This document shows, in pieces, positions 7,882-16,044 of a stretch of DNA of 32,000 bases. Numbering within the stretch: position 1 is the stretch's first letter; each line of letters starts with the position of its first letter. The notes under the pieces are model-generated. The model was not told the DNA's origin, made no database searches, and saw only the letters and a list, made by a program, of their open reading frames with translations. The DNA comes from Balneolaceae bacterium (GTDB lineage Bacteria; Bacteroidota; Rhodothermia; Balneolales; Balneolaceae). The stretch lies in NCBI GenBank assembly GCA_007134695.1, contig SLKI01000048.1, positions 26,878 through 58,877 of the forward strand, written 5' to 3'. Position numbers and translations under genes: made by a program.

Positions 7882-9231
7882 TTACGAGTTTGTTGACTGT
7901 TCAACAATCTCTTCCAACTGATTCCAAAGAGAATCGTCGAAATCGACTTCGTTCATATCCTGTAACAAAAATGATTCCAAAGCGGGCTGTTTTTGAATCG
8001 CTTCATCAATTTTCGGATTCGACCCTTTCACATAGGCTCCGATATTGATCAGCTCTTCAGCTTCGCGGTAGGTTGCCAGTAATTCTCTCGCTTTCAGACA
8101 GATCTCTCTTTGTTCATCGGAAATAATGTTGGGCATGACGCGTGAAATGCTCTGAAGAATATCGATCGCCGGATAGTGATTTTTCTGTGCCAATCGTCTG
8201 GAAAGTACGATATGGCCATCCAGAATCGATCGTACAGTATCTGCAACGGGTTCATTCATATCGTCATTTTCGACCAGAACCGTATAGATTCCGGTAATAC
8301 TTCCACAGCTCGTCTTTCCGGCTCGTTCAAGCAGTTTGGGCAGAATGGAAAAGACACTTGGAGTGTATCCTCTTGTGGTTGGCGGCTCTCCAGATGCCAG
8401 CCCGATCTCTCTCTGGGCGAGTGCCACCCGCGTAACCGAATCCATCATCAACAGGACATTTTTTCCCTGGTCACGGAAAAATTCGGCGATCGCAGTTGCT
8501 GTAAACGCCCCTTTTATACGACTCATCGCTGCCATATCGGAGGTCACCGCAACTACAACTGAGCGTTTAAGCCCTTCCTGGCCAAGAATATCATCAAGAA
8601 ATTCCTGAACCTCCCTGCCTCGCTCACCGATCAGCGCAATTACGTTCACATCGGCCGACGAATGACGGGCAATCATCCCCATAAGAACACTCTTTCCAAC
8701 TCCCGATCCTGCAAACAGCCCCATCCGCTGTCCTCTGCCCAGAGTATTCAATCCGTCAATGGCACGAATACCCGTCTTCATCACCTGATCGATCTTTTCG
8801 CGCTCGAGCGGTGAAGGGGGTTCATCGTGCACCAGTTTGTGATGCGTACAGACAATACCACCCATCTGATCGATCGGTTCTCCATTGGCGTCGACAACTC
8901 TGCCGAGCATATGTTTGCCCACCGGCACGGTTAACGTCTGTCCTCGGCTTTCGATCAGGCAGCCGGTTTTCATCCCCTCTACCCGGCCGTAAGGCATTAA
9001 CAAAGTTCGCTTCTCCTTAAGGCCAACTACTTCTGCCGATACCTTTTTGCCGGTTGTCGTATGGATATCATATATTTCTCCGACACTGGCATCGAGGCCG
9101 GTGCATTCGATAATAGTTCCAACCACCGTACTGATCTTTCCGTAGCGCTTGGAGCGAACCGGCTGTTGCGAAAGCTGTTCCCGTATATGACTGATATGAT
9201 TTTCCAACGTCATAATGTCCACTTCTACCAC
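7882..9231 (-). CDS. fliI: Flagellum-specific type III export ATPase FliI
   Basis: 449 aa with Walker A GSGVGKS and an F1/T3SS-ATPase-like core (LLMMDSVTR, GSITGIYTVLVENDD). The start is either GTG at 9231 or, perhaps more likely, ATG at 9213. Confidence 0.95.
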   Translation of the reverse strand: MVEVDIMTLENHISHIREQLSQQPVRSKRYGKISTVVGTIIECTGLDASVGEIYDIHTTTGKKVSAEVVGLKEKRTLLMPYGRVEGMKTGCLIESRGQTLTVPVGKHMLGRVVDANGEPIDQMGGIVCTHHKLVHDEPPSPLEREKIDQVMKTGIRAIDGLNTLGRGQRMGLFAGSGVGKSVLMGMIARHSSADVNVIALIGERGREVQEFLDDILGQEGLKRSVVVAVTSDMAAMSRIKGAFTATAIAEFFRDQGKNVLLMMDSVTRVALAQREIGLASGEPPTTRGYTPSVFSILPKLLERAGKTSCGSITGIYTVLVENDDMNEPVADTVRSILDGHIVLSRRLAQKNHYPAIDILQSISRVMPNIISDEQREICLKARELLATYREAEELINIGAYVKGSNPKIDEAIQKQPALESFLLQDMNEVDFDDSLWNQLEEIVEQSTNS

Positions 9232-9902
9232 TTCGGCAGTTTCAGAGATTTTTTAAAATCCGCGAGCATCAGGCGAAAATCCCGTAGTACCGTTTCATTA
9301 TCTGTTTCGAGCCGAAACTCCCCGGGTTTACACTCTTCACAGACCTGAACTTTGACCGGGTGCTGCTCTTCATACCGTTTCAAAATCTTTTTGACATCCT
9401 CTATATCTGCCTCAGATACTTCCAGTACCACCCTCGAATCTTCCCGTGCGTGCTGCAACAACTGTTCAATTTCATTATTCAGTTCCTCCCGAAGCTTCGG
9501 GTTTTCAGCTGGAACCCCCAGAATCGATTCTGCAACATCGAATGCCAGCTCAAGAAGTCCGGGCTCCATCAGTTTTTGGCGCCGTAACCACTCTTTGTGA
9601 GCTTCCTGGAATACCCCTTCGATCTTTTTCAGCTTATCCTCAAATTGTTCGGCCGCAGCCTGCCGCCCTTCTTCCAAACCGCTTTCAAAACCTTTTTGAT
9701 ATGCAGCCCTTCGGGCCTGATCCAGAAGTTCCATCCACTTTTCCTTCTCCTCCTGTATTCTTTTCTCAACATCGATCTCTTCACCTTCCTTTTCGACTGA
9801 GGCAGATTCCTCCTGCTTGTCGAAATTTTTTTTATAACTCAGTAGTGAGCTCTCCTCACCGTCCCATTGAACCTGCCGGATGTTGAGAATTTTTCGACCC
9901 AT
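9225..9902 (-). CDS. fliH: Flagellar export regulator FliH
   Basis: The ORF-track start at 10010 would overlap fliG by 104 nt in another frame. The ATG at 9902 (MGRKILNIRQVQWDGEE...) lies 4 nt after the fliG TAA. The N-terminal half is Glu/Lys-rich, and the gene sits between fliG and fliI. Confidence 0.8.
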   Translation of the reverse strand: MGRKILNIRQVQWDGEESSLLSYKKNFDKQEESASVEKEGEEIDVEKRIQEEKEKWMELLDQARRAAYQKGFESGLEEGRQAAAEQFEDKLKKIEGVFQEAHKEWLRRQKLMEPGLLELAFDVAESILGVPAENPKLREELNNEIEQLLQHAREDSRVVLEVSEADIEDVKKILKRYEEQHPVKVQVCEECKPGEFRLETDNETVLRDFRLMLADFKKSLKLPKW

Positions 9903-9906
9903 AGGA

Positions 9907-10941
9907 TTACTCCACGATCTCCTCTTCGTCCATTCTTCTCGTGGTGATCTGCCCCTCTTCCTCCAGCTGTTTGATCCTCTTGATGATCCGTTGCTGCGCT
10001 TCCTTAACATCCTTCAACGGCATCGGGCCCAATGCTTCAATATCCTCACGCAGCATATCGGCAGCCCTGCTCGACATATTGGAGAAAAACTTGTCCGCCA
10101 GATCGTCATCCACTCCTTTCAAACCTGTCACCAGATCCGCCTTCTCCAGCTCATTAATGATCAACTGCACAGTCCGGTCGTCAAAGTGAACAATATCCTC
10201 AAACAGGAACATCTGCTCTTTGATATCATCCGCCATTTGCGGATCAAGCTGATGAATTTTGTCGAGCACATTACGTTCGACAGAGATCTCCGCTTCGTTA
10301 AGGATCTGAGCCACAGTTGCTGTACCGCTCTTGACCCGGTCGCCGATCGTATCCATGCCGCCCATCTGCTCTTTGATCACCTGCTCAATCTCTTCAATCA
10401 CATCCGATGAGATCTTTTCCATGGAAGCAAGCCTGTAGATGATATCCGCCTGAAGCTCCTCATCCAGATGACCCAGAATTTCAGCCGCTTTGTCTGTATG
10501 AAGCTGTGAAAAAATCAATGCGGCCACCTGTGGGTGTTCATTCTGAATAAAACCGGAGATCTGTGTAATCTTGTTCTCCTGAAAATCATCAAACACAGAA
10601 GTGCCCGACTGAGCTTTCAGCTTGCGCAGCATTTTTTCCGAATCGGCATGACTACCCAGTTCGGTAAGAAGCTGTTCCGCATAATCATACCCCCCCTCCA
10701 GGATATACTTTTTCGCTTCCATCATTCGGTGAAAGTTTCCAAGCAACTGATCTGCTACATCCGGCTTTACACTCTTGATGTTGGCAATCTCCAGTGTGAT
10801 CTTTTCCATTTCATCCGGCCGCAGTGATTTCATCATCTCGGATGCCGACTTCACGCCGATTGAGATAATCAGGATTGCAGCTTTTTGAGGCCCCGTTAAA
10901 TTGGAAACGTCATCAATGATCTGTGTTGAGTTGACTGACAT
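9907..10941 (-). CDS. fliG: Flagellar motor switch/rotor protein FliG
   Basis: 344 aa with LTGPQKAAILIISIG near the N-terminus and a C-terminal torque-helix region (SSRAADMLREDIEALGPMPLKDVKEAQQRIIKRIKQLEEEG). Confidence 0.95.
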   Translation of the reverse strand: MSVNSTQIIDDVSNLTGPQKAAILIISIGVKSASEMMKSLRPDEMEKITLEIANIKSVKPDVADQLLGNFHRMMEAKKYILEGGYDYAEQLLTELGSHADSEKMLRKLKAQSGTSVFDDFQENKITQISGFIQNEHPQVAALIFSQLHTDKAAEILGHLDEELQADIIYRLASMEKISSDVIEEIEQVIKEQMGGMDTIGDRVKSGTATVAQILNEAEISVERNVLDKIHQLDPQMADDIKEQMFLFEDIVHFDDRTVQLIINELEKADLVTGLKGVDDDLADKFFSNMSSRAADMLREDIEALGPMPLKDVKEAQQRIIKRIKQLEEEGQITTRRMDEEEIVE

Positions 10942-10979
10942 AACTGATTATTTCGTTCAGGTTGAGAACAACTTGACGG

Positions 10980-12632
10980 CTATTTTCCATCCTCATCGAG
11001 CGTCATGAATGCTCGTATTGTTTGTGCCGCTTCGGCCGGTTTCAATTCAAAGAAGTCCTGGATCTCTTCCATTGCAAACTGCTTCTCCTTCAATTGTTTG
11101 CGATCATTTTCGCTCAATTTTCGATCCACAAAGTTCTCTTTCTCATCCTCTTCCATCTCCTCGAGAGATTTATGATTTGCATCCCCCTCCATAAGCGGAA
11201 CCGACTCACGGCTTCCATCCGGCAAACCGACCATCACCTGGTCGGGCATCTCCATTCGCCTTCGTATCCGTAACACCAGGAAGACGATAGTAAAAAACGT
11301 CAGCGCGATGAGAGTCCACCGGATGATCTCATTCCAGGGCATCGGCCGGTCGGTATAGAGGCCGAACTGATCGGTTGAGGTAGGGTCATAAAATTCAATC
11401 TGGGTAATCGTCAATTCATCCCCGCGGTCCGGACTGATGCCCAGTGCCAATCGTATAGTCTCCCGAAATTCTTCGATCTCCTCCTGGCTGTAGGGTTCAT
11501 TAACCAGTACCTGTTCTCCCTCTTCATTGGTTTGAAGTGTCTGTTTGTAGTTTAACAAAACAGATGCCGACAGACGTTTGATCTCGCCCTGGGCTTTTTC
11601 AAATATTTCACGAGTCGTATTTGCTTCATAATTTCGGGTTTGAATCGAACTTTCCTGTTCGTTTTGGGAGGTCACGATATTATCTCCACGCTGATCTATC
11701 GGTGTAAACTCATCGATCGGTACCGGCTGAAAGCTCTCATTGCTGCTGCTTTCCGTTCGGCGTTCTTCCGAAATAATCATCCTGCTGTCCGGGTCGATCA
11801 GGTCCGACTCCCTGACCAGCCTGTCGAAATCGTGTTCGGCCGATACACGGACAATACTGTTACCCGGCCCCAAAACTCGATCCAGCATACTCTGACCCTG
11901 CTCTGTCAGATAGTTTTCAGTTTTCTGTTTCATCTGCATCTGTAGAGAACCGGTTGCGAAATCAGTGGATTGGCCGACATTACTCGTCAATCGATTCCCT
12001 GCTTGATCCAGGACAGTTACACCGGATGCCTCCAGCCCTTCCACACTCCCCGCAACCAGAGAAGTGATCCCCTCAACCTGTTTGGGGTCCAGCCTGTTGC
12101 CTCGTTTCAAATTGAGGATGATGGAGGCTGAGGCTTCAACCTGACTCTCCCTGAATGGTGAGCGTTCTGGAAGTACAAGATGAATTCGAGAGAATTCAAC
12201 CTGATTGAGACTGTTGATCGTGCGCGCAATCTCTCCTTCAAGCGCCCTTTTCTTGTTCATCCTCTGCATAAAATCGGTCATGCCCAGGGCATTGGTGTCG
12301 AAAAGCTCATAACCCTGTAGATCTGAGTGTGCAAACCCGTCAGAGGCCAGCTGTAACCTCAACTCATGGACTTTATCATGGGGAACGTAGATCGTTCTGC
12401 CGTCATCTTCCAAACGATAGTTCACATTCCGCTCATCCAGCTCTTCGACTATTTCACGAGCCGAATCGTGATGCAAGGAACCAAACAGCAGTGTGTATTC
12501 GGGTTTCAGAGTCCACCAGAATACTCCTCCAATAAACAGAGTGATGATGAGTAAAAATCCAAAAAACATCACCTTCTGTGCAGGATTGAGTGGAGCCAGA
12601 AAGTCTTTAACACCCTGAAGCAAGGAATTCAT
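10980..12632 (-). CDS. fliF: Flagellar MS-ring protein FliF
   Basis: 550 aa with an N-terminal TM helix (VMFFGFLLIITLFIGGVFWW), a periplasmic ring-building region and a second TM helix (WTLIALTFFTIVFLVL). It lies between fliE and fliG. Confidence 0.93.
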   Translation of the reverse strand: MNSLLQGVKDFLAPLNPAQKVMFFGFLLIITLFIGGVFWWTLKPEYTLLFGSLHHDSAREIVEELDERNVNYRLEDDGRTIYVPHDKVHELRLQLASDGFAHSDLQGYELFDTNALGMTDFMQRMNKKRALEGEIARTINSLNQVEFSRIHLVLPERSPFRESQVEASASIILNLKRGNRLDPKQVEGITSLVAGSVEGLEASGVTVLDQAGNRLTSNVGQSTDFATGSLQMQMKQKTENYLTEQGQSMLDRVLGPGNSIVRVSAEHDFDRLVRESDLIDPDSRMIISEERRTESSSNESFQPVPIDEFTPIDQRGDNIVTSQNEQESSIQTRNYEANTTREIFEKAQGEIKRLSASVLLNYKQTLQTNEEGEQVLVNEPYSQEEIEEFRETIRLALGISPDRGDELTITQIEFYDPTSTDQFGLYTDRPMPWNEIIRWTLIALTFFTIVFLVLRIRRRMEMPDQVMVGLPDGSRESVPLMEGDANHKSLEEMEEDEKENFVDRKLSENDRKQLKEKQFAMEEIQDFFELKPAEAAQTIRAFMTLDEDGK

Positions 12633-12640
12633 AGATCGTT

Positions 12641-12949
12641 CTAAATTTGCATTCTGCTGATTTCATGGTAGGTCTCGATCATTTTGTTTCGGACCTCTAC
12701 CATCATCTGAAAACTCAACTGGGCTTTCTGCATGGAGATCATCACATCGTGGACATTTTCACTCTTGCCCGCAATAAAGTCCTGGGTTTTCATCTCAGAG
12801 ACCTTCATCGCCTCATCAACACTTCCAACTGCTCTTGAGAGTGTATCGGCAAATGACCCGCTTCGATCCGGGCCTTCCACAGGTTGACGGAAAGAGCCGG
12901 GGTCCAGTTCCCTGGACGGATGTAATCCTCTTAATTCAATCGGATCCAT
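12641..12949 (-). CDS. fliE: Flagellar hook-basal body protein FliE
   Basis: 102 aa with the C-terminal motif VHDVMISMQKAQLSFQMMVEVRNKMIETYHEISRMQI, characteristic of FliE. Confidence 0.92.
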   Translation of the reverse strand: MDPIELRGLHPSRELDPGSFRQPVEGPDRSGSFADTLSRAVGSVDEAMKVSEMKTQDFIAGKSENVHDVMISMQKAQLSFQMMVEVRNKMIETYHEISRMQI

Positions 12950-12969
12950 ATTGTTTGTTCGATTTCATC

Positions 12970-13479
12970 TTATATTTCCAGTGATCGTCTGATAATCTCT
13001 TTTTCCGCTTCAATGCTGGCCAGATTTGCTTCATAGAGGCGGTTGGCGCTAACCATCTTCGTCATCTCGCTGATCAGGTCGATATCGGGATATCGAACCA
13101 TTCCATTTTCATCTGCATCGGGGTGATTCGGGTCAAACTCATATCGATAAGATTCAGATTGCTGAATCTCGAACTGAGGCCCCAGGCCCTGTTCCTGGCG
13201 GCCGGTGACAGGTCCGGCGGCTGCCCTGCTCTCGGAAAAATGTTGCGGCCGGGTCTTTTGCATTGACGTGACACTTTGCATTAAAAGCCGTTCAAATGGC
13301 CTGGATTCAGGAGCTGTAGTTCGAACTGACTGCGGTTGATAACCCCTGTTGGAGCCCGGCGGCGAGGATGTTCCTGCATTTGCAATATTTCTCGACGCTG
13401 TTGATAATTTTTCACGTTGCACTGCCAGGCCTTGTGAAGCAGTCCGAAACGTTTCAAACATTCTGTCCGGTAACATCAT
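12970..13479 (-). CDS. flgC: Flagellar proximal rod protein FlgC
   Basis: 169 aa. The N-terminus contains LAVQREKLSTASRNIANAGT and the C-terminus contains YPDIDLISEMTKMVSANRLYEANLASIEAEKEIIRRSLEI. Confidence 0.92.
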   Translation of the reverse strand: MMLPDRMFETFRTASQGLAVQREKLSTASRNIANAGTSSPPGSNRGYQPQSVRTTAPESRPFERLLMQSVTSMQKTRPQHFSESRAAAGPVTGRQEQGLGPQFEIQQSESYRYEFDPNHPDADENGMVRYPDIDLISEMTKMVSANRLYEANLASIEAEKEIIRRSLEI

Positions 13480-13491
13480 CTATCCGTTTCA

Positions 13492-13836
13492 TTATCGATT
13501 TATCCCGGTAATTCCGGTTCGAAGCATTTCAAAGTGGTGTCGCAGCGATCGAGTCACCAGATCAACTCTCATCTGAGTGTCCGACATTTCAAGAAGCTCA
13601 TCTTCCAGAACCGGGGCGCTGTCTGTGATGGTGATCGATGGCCGCACCTGGTTCATATTCTCCGTGTTTCCAGCTTTTTGAGCTTTCTGCAGCTCCTGTT
13701 CAAAATCGACCTGGTGTTTGTTAAACCCAGGCGTATCGATATTGGCGATATTGGATGCAGAAATGCGATGTCGCAATGTATAAGCATCCATCGCATTGGC
13801 CAGCAGTTGACTGTGAGCTGAATCAATAAATTTCAT
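13492..13836 (-). CDS. flgB: Flagellar proximal rod protein FlgB
   Basis: 114 aa with LLANAMDAYTLRHRISASNIANIDTPGF (rod-protein N-terminal motif). It is the first gene of the operon. Confidence 0.9.
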   Translation of the reverse strand: MKFIDSAHSQLLANAMDAYTLRHRISASNIANIDTPGFNKHQVDFEQELQKAQKAGNTENMNQVRPSITITDSAPVLEDELLEMSDTQMRVDLVTRSLRHHFEMLRTGITGINR

Positions 13837-13919
13837 TTGATAAACTCTAATATTTTGCTTCCAAATCTATATCAGTTTTCAGCGGAACATATCTACTCCA
13901 CCGGAGTTAAACAGTCTGA

Positions 13920-13935
13920 TGCAATTGTTGTGCCA
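13920..13935 (-). promoter_or_regulatory. Sigma-54 (RpoN) promoter of the flgB operon: TGGCAC-aacaa-TTGCA
   Basis: The minus strand, read base by base, is A-TGGCAC(13935..13930)-AACAA-TTGCA(13924..13920)-T. It matches the -24/-12 consensus TGGCAC-N5-TTGC[AT] perfectly. The -12 element lies about 85 nt upstream of the flgB ATG. Confidence 0.85.
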
Positions 13936-13974
13936 TAAAAATTTTCTCTAAATCGGATGCATTTAGTTCGTTTT

Positions 13975-13994
13975 TTATTAAATTTTTTTAATAA
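13975..13994. promoter_or_regulatory. AT-only inverted repeat TTATTAAA-tttt-TTTAATAA upstream of the sigma-54 promoter (possible bend or IHF-type site)
   Basis: An 8-bp perfect inverted repeat 40-60 bp upstream of the -24 element. Its low complexity makes it weak evidence. Confidence 0.3.
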
Positions 13995-14071
13995 TTATGG
14001 GTGTGGCTAAGTAGAATTGACCGCATCAGCGGTAATTATTTCCACTTTATGCATTAGGCTGTTTATATCCC

Positions 14072-14098
14072 TTAAGAATTCTCTATTACTGCTGATAA
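14072..14098 (+). promoter_or_regulatory. Relaxed sigma-28-type promoter ahead of the PAS-like kinase: TTAA-N15-GCTGATAA
   Basis: TTAA(14072-14075)-gaattctctattact-GCTGATAA(14091-14098). The -10 matches in 7/8 positions and the spacing is exactly 15 nt. It lies 196 nt upstream of the ATG at 14294. Confidence 0.45.
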
Positions 14099-14293
14099 AT
14101 AGATCATGAGGGGATTACATACGACATGCATGTATCCTGAACATATAATTCCGACAAGTTGAGCGTGGCTGAATCTGCAGAGATTCAATTATTTTGGGCC
14201 TTACCCTTATTTAATATCTGACGACCGGTCAGACAAAGAATAGCGGTAAAAGCAGACGGTTAAAAACAGAAGCAAGAGCGTATTGAACGCATT

Positions 14294-15238
14294 ATGGTTA
14301 GTAAATTCAAAAACTTGACGGACAATTCAGTGCCGGTCTTTATCCTCGATAAAGAGACTTTGCAGGTTCTGCAAGTCAATCAATTTGTCCAGCATCTTGC
14401 CGATAGTGATAGTCCAGTAGGGAAGCCTTTCAGTGAAGTGGTCGATCTATTGAATGAGAGTGATACCACTACACCAGCTCTATTTAATAACCGGTGGTAT
14501 CAGGCTATATGCGAAACGGAAGAGAGATTGGATGAGAATCAGGTTATAGTGAGGCTTGTTGAACAACCATTTACTCCACCCGAAGAAACCCTCTTTATCG
14601 TAAAAAAGATGTTGTCGGTTCTGGTTCACAGGGTTCGATCACCACTTACGGCCATTCAGGGACACCTTGACCTGTTTTTGGAGAAAAAGAGTAAAAAACA
14701 GGAGAGAGATCGTTTTGTCAAAATCTCCGACAGTACAGATTACATTCTAGATATGATGGATGACTTTGAAATCCTCTATCATGCCCTCTCCGAAGAAAAG
14801 GACCCGCCCCGGAAAGAACCGGTCGATCCGCAAGACTTGATTAAAAGTGTTCTCTCGACCTATTCGGCAGATGAACAAAAACGATTTCAGATTAAAAACA
14901 GTCTTAAGGATACACCACTAACGGCCAGCCCGACAGATCTGTACAAGATTGTAAAGTATTTAATGGACAATGCCCTTGAACATCCTACCGGCAAAAAAAA
15001 GGAAATTCTAATTGAGATCACTGAACCACATTGTATTAAAGTCACCAACTCCGGTGATCCAATTCCTCCCTCGATGGTCGACCATATCTTTTATCCGCTT
15101 GTCACAGATAAGGCACAAAGTGTAGGCATCGGCCTTACTCTCGCTCAAATGATGGCCAATCGTCAAGGCGGAGCAATATTTCTGACTCACAACACTAAGG
15201 ATCAGGTTACATTCACTCTCTGCCTGCCGCCTCAGTAA
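14294..15238 (+). CDS. Cytoplasmic PAS-like sensor histidine kinase (HisKA + HATPase_c) with a non-canonical H-box
   Basis: 314 aa with no TM segment and a PAS-like N-terminus of about 100 aa. The H-box is LVHRVRSPLTAIQGHLDLF, with Arg where the conserved acidic residue normally follows the His. The N-box is YLMDNALEH, the G1-like motif is VTNSGDPIP, and the G2 motif is SVGIGLTLAQ. Confidence 0.8.
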   Translation: MVSKFKNLTDNSVPVFILDKETLQVLQVNQFVQHLADSDSPVGKPFSEVVDLLNESDTTTPALFNNRWYQAICETEERLDENQVIVRLVEQPFTPPEETLFIVKKMLSVLVHRVRSPLTAIQGHLDLFLEKKSKKQERDRFVKISDSTDYILDMMDDFEILYHALSEEKDPPRKEPVDPQDLIKSVLSTYSADEQKRFQIKNSLKDTPLTASPTDLYKIVKYLMDNALEHPTGKKKEILIEITEPHCIKVTNSGDPIPPSMVDHIFYPLVTDKAQSVGIGLTLAQMMANRQGGAIFLTHNTKDQVTFTLCLPPQ

Positions 15239-15315
15239 TCCCCTTCAAAAAAAGAAGCCATCGATACACTTTTCCTGTATCAATGACTCCCTTTATTCCT
15301 ACTCATATATCAATT

Positions 15316-15368
15316 AAAAAAAACGGCATTCATATGGTTTTGTTTCTTTAAAACCATATAAATGCCGT
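15316..15368 (-). terminator. Rho-independent terminator of cheW
   Basis: The stem 15323-15341 with 15350-15368 has 18 bp plus one mismatch and an 8-nt loop. On the minus-strand RNA it is followed by a run of 7 U (A-run 15316-15322). On the plus strand no U-tract follows. Confidence 0.85.
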
Positions 15369-15394
15369 CAGTCCGGGTAGATTTACCCCACTAA

Positions 15395-15904
15395 TTAATT
15401 GCTATCGAAGACCTCCTCCGGGACATCATAAAGAACTTCACGAACATTCATGATCATCTTGACCGTCTCATCGATCTTTCCGATCCCGGAGAGAAACCTG
15501 CTTTTCATCCCGGCACCAACTGTAGGGATATCCTCGATCTGTTTAGTTGCGATGTCCGTAACTTCCGAAACTTTATCAACCACCAGGCCCATTTTACTTG
15601 AATCGTCCTGGATGACTATGATGCAAGTCTCTTCAGTGTCCTCTACCATCTCCAGGCCGAAGCGGGTTCGCAGATTCATTACCGGTACGATGTTGCCGCG
15701 AAGGTTCAAGACGCCTCGAATGTAATCCGGCATTTTCGGTACCGGTGTGATCGGCATCAGCCCGATAATTTCCTGCACCTTGAGAATTTCAATTGCGTAC
15801 TCTTCTTTTCCAAGAAAGAAGCTTAAAAACTTGCCACCCTCAACAACTGTTGTTTCTTGAGTGTCGACTGTCGACTTTGTTTCCGTTTGTTCCATTTTAA
15901 CCAA
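15395..15904 (-). CDS. cheW: Chemotaxis coupling protein CheW
   Basis: 169 aa with a CheW-like fold signature (KFLSFFLGKEEYAIEILKVQEIIGLMPITPVPKMPDYIRGVLNLRGNIVPVMNLRTRFG). The ORF-track start is TTG at 15904, and the ATG at 15895 (MEQTETK...) is the more likely start. Confidence 0.93.
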   Translation of the reverse strand: MVKMEQTETKSTVDTQETTVVEGGKFLSFFLGKEEYAIEILKVQEIIGLMPITPVPKMPDYIRGVLNLRGNIVPVMNLRTRFGLEMVEDTEETCIIVIQDDSSKMGLVVDKVSEVTDIATKQIEDIPTVGAGMKSRFLSGIGKIDETVKMIMNVREVLYDVPEEVFDSN

Positions 15905-15929
15905 TATTTTTTGTTAGATGTTTAATTAC

Positions 15930-15956
15930 TTATCGGCTCGATATCGATTCGGTTAA
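15930..15956 (-). promoter_or_regulatory. Sigma-28 (FliA)-type promoter P-cheW: TTAA-N15-GCCGATAA
   Basis: The minus strand reads TTAA(15956..15953)-ccgaatcgatatcga-GCCGATAA(15937..15930). The -10 matches in 8/8 positions with exact spacing, 26-35 nt upstream of the cheW start candidates. Confidence 0.8.
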
Positions 15957-15989
15957 TCTTTGTACTTAAAAAATTCTATCTAAGTATTA

Positions 15990-16026
15990 CAGGTGAGATA
16001 CAATCTTTCCGACCGTATCTCACCTG
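15990..16026 (-). terminator. 12-bp hairpin after the mcp stop (probable terminator or insulator before P-cheW)
   Basis: CAGGTGAGATAC-13 nt loop-GTATCTCACCTG begins 19 nt after the mcp stop (16045). On the sense RNA the nearest U-run is about 20 nt downstream, so it is not a textbook terminator. Confidence 0.55.
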
Positions 16027-16044
16027 GTTTAAGTATCGTAAGAA

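Noticed and set aside
9903-10010. A 36-codon N-terminal extension of fliH (ORF-track start at 10010), and similarly the 10-codon extension of fliJ (7878-7907).
   Set aside because: The extensions overlap the preceding genes by 104 and 26 nt in other frames and are Arg/Ser-rich. Internal ATG codons placed 4 nt after the upstream stop codons give typical protein N-termini.
14166-14179. Sigma-54-like TGGCTG-aatc-TGCA on the plus strand upstream of the PAS-like kinase.
   Set aside because: The GG-to-GC spacing is 2 nt shorter than the invariant sigma-54 geometry, and the -12 TTGC is not present.
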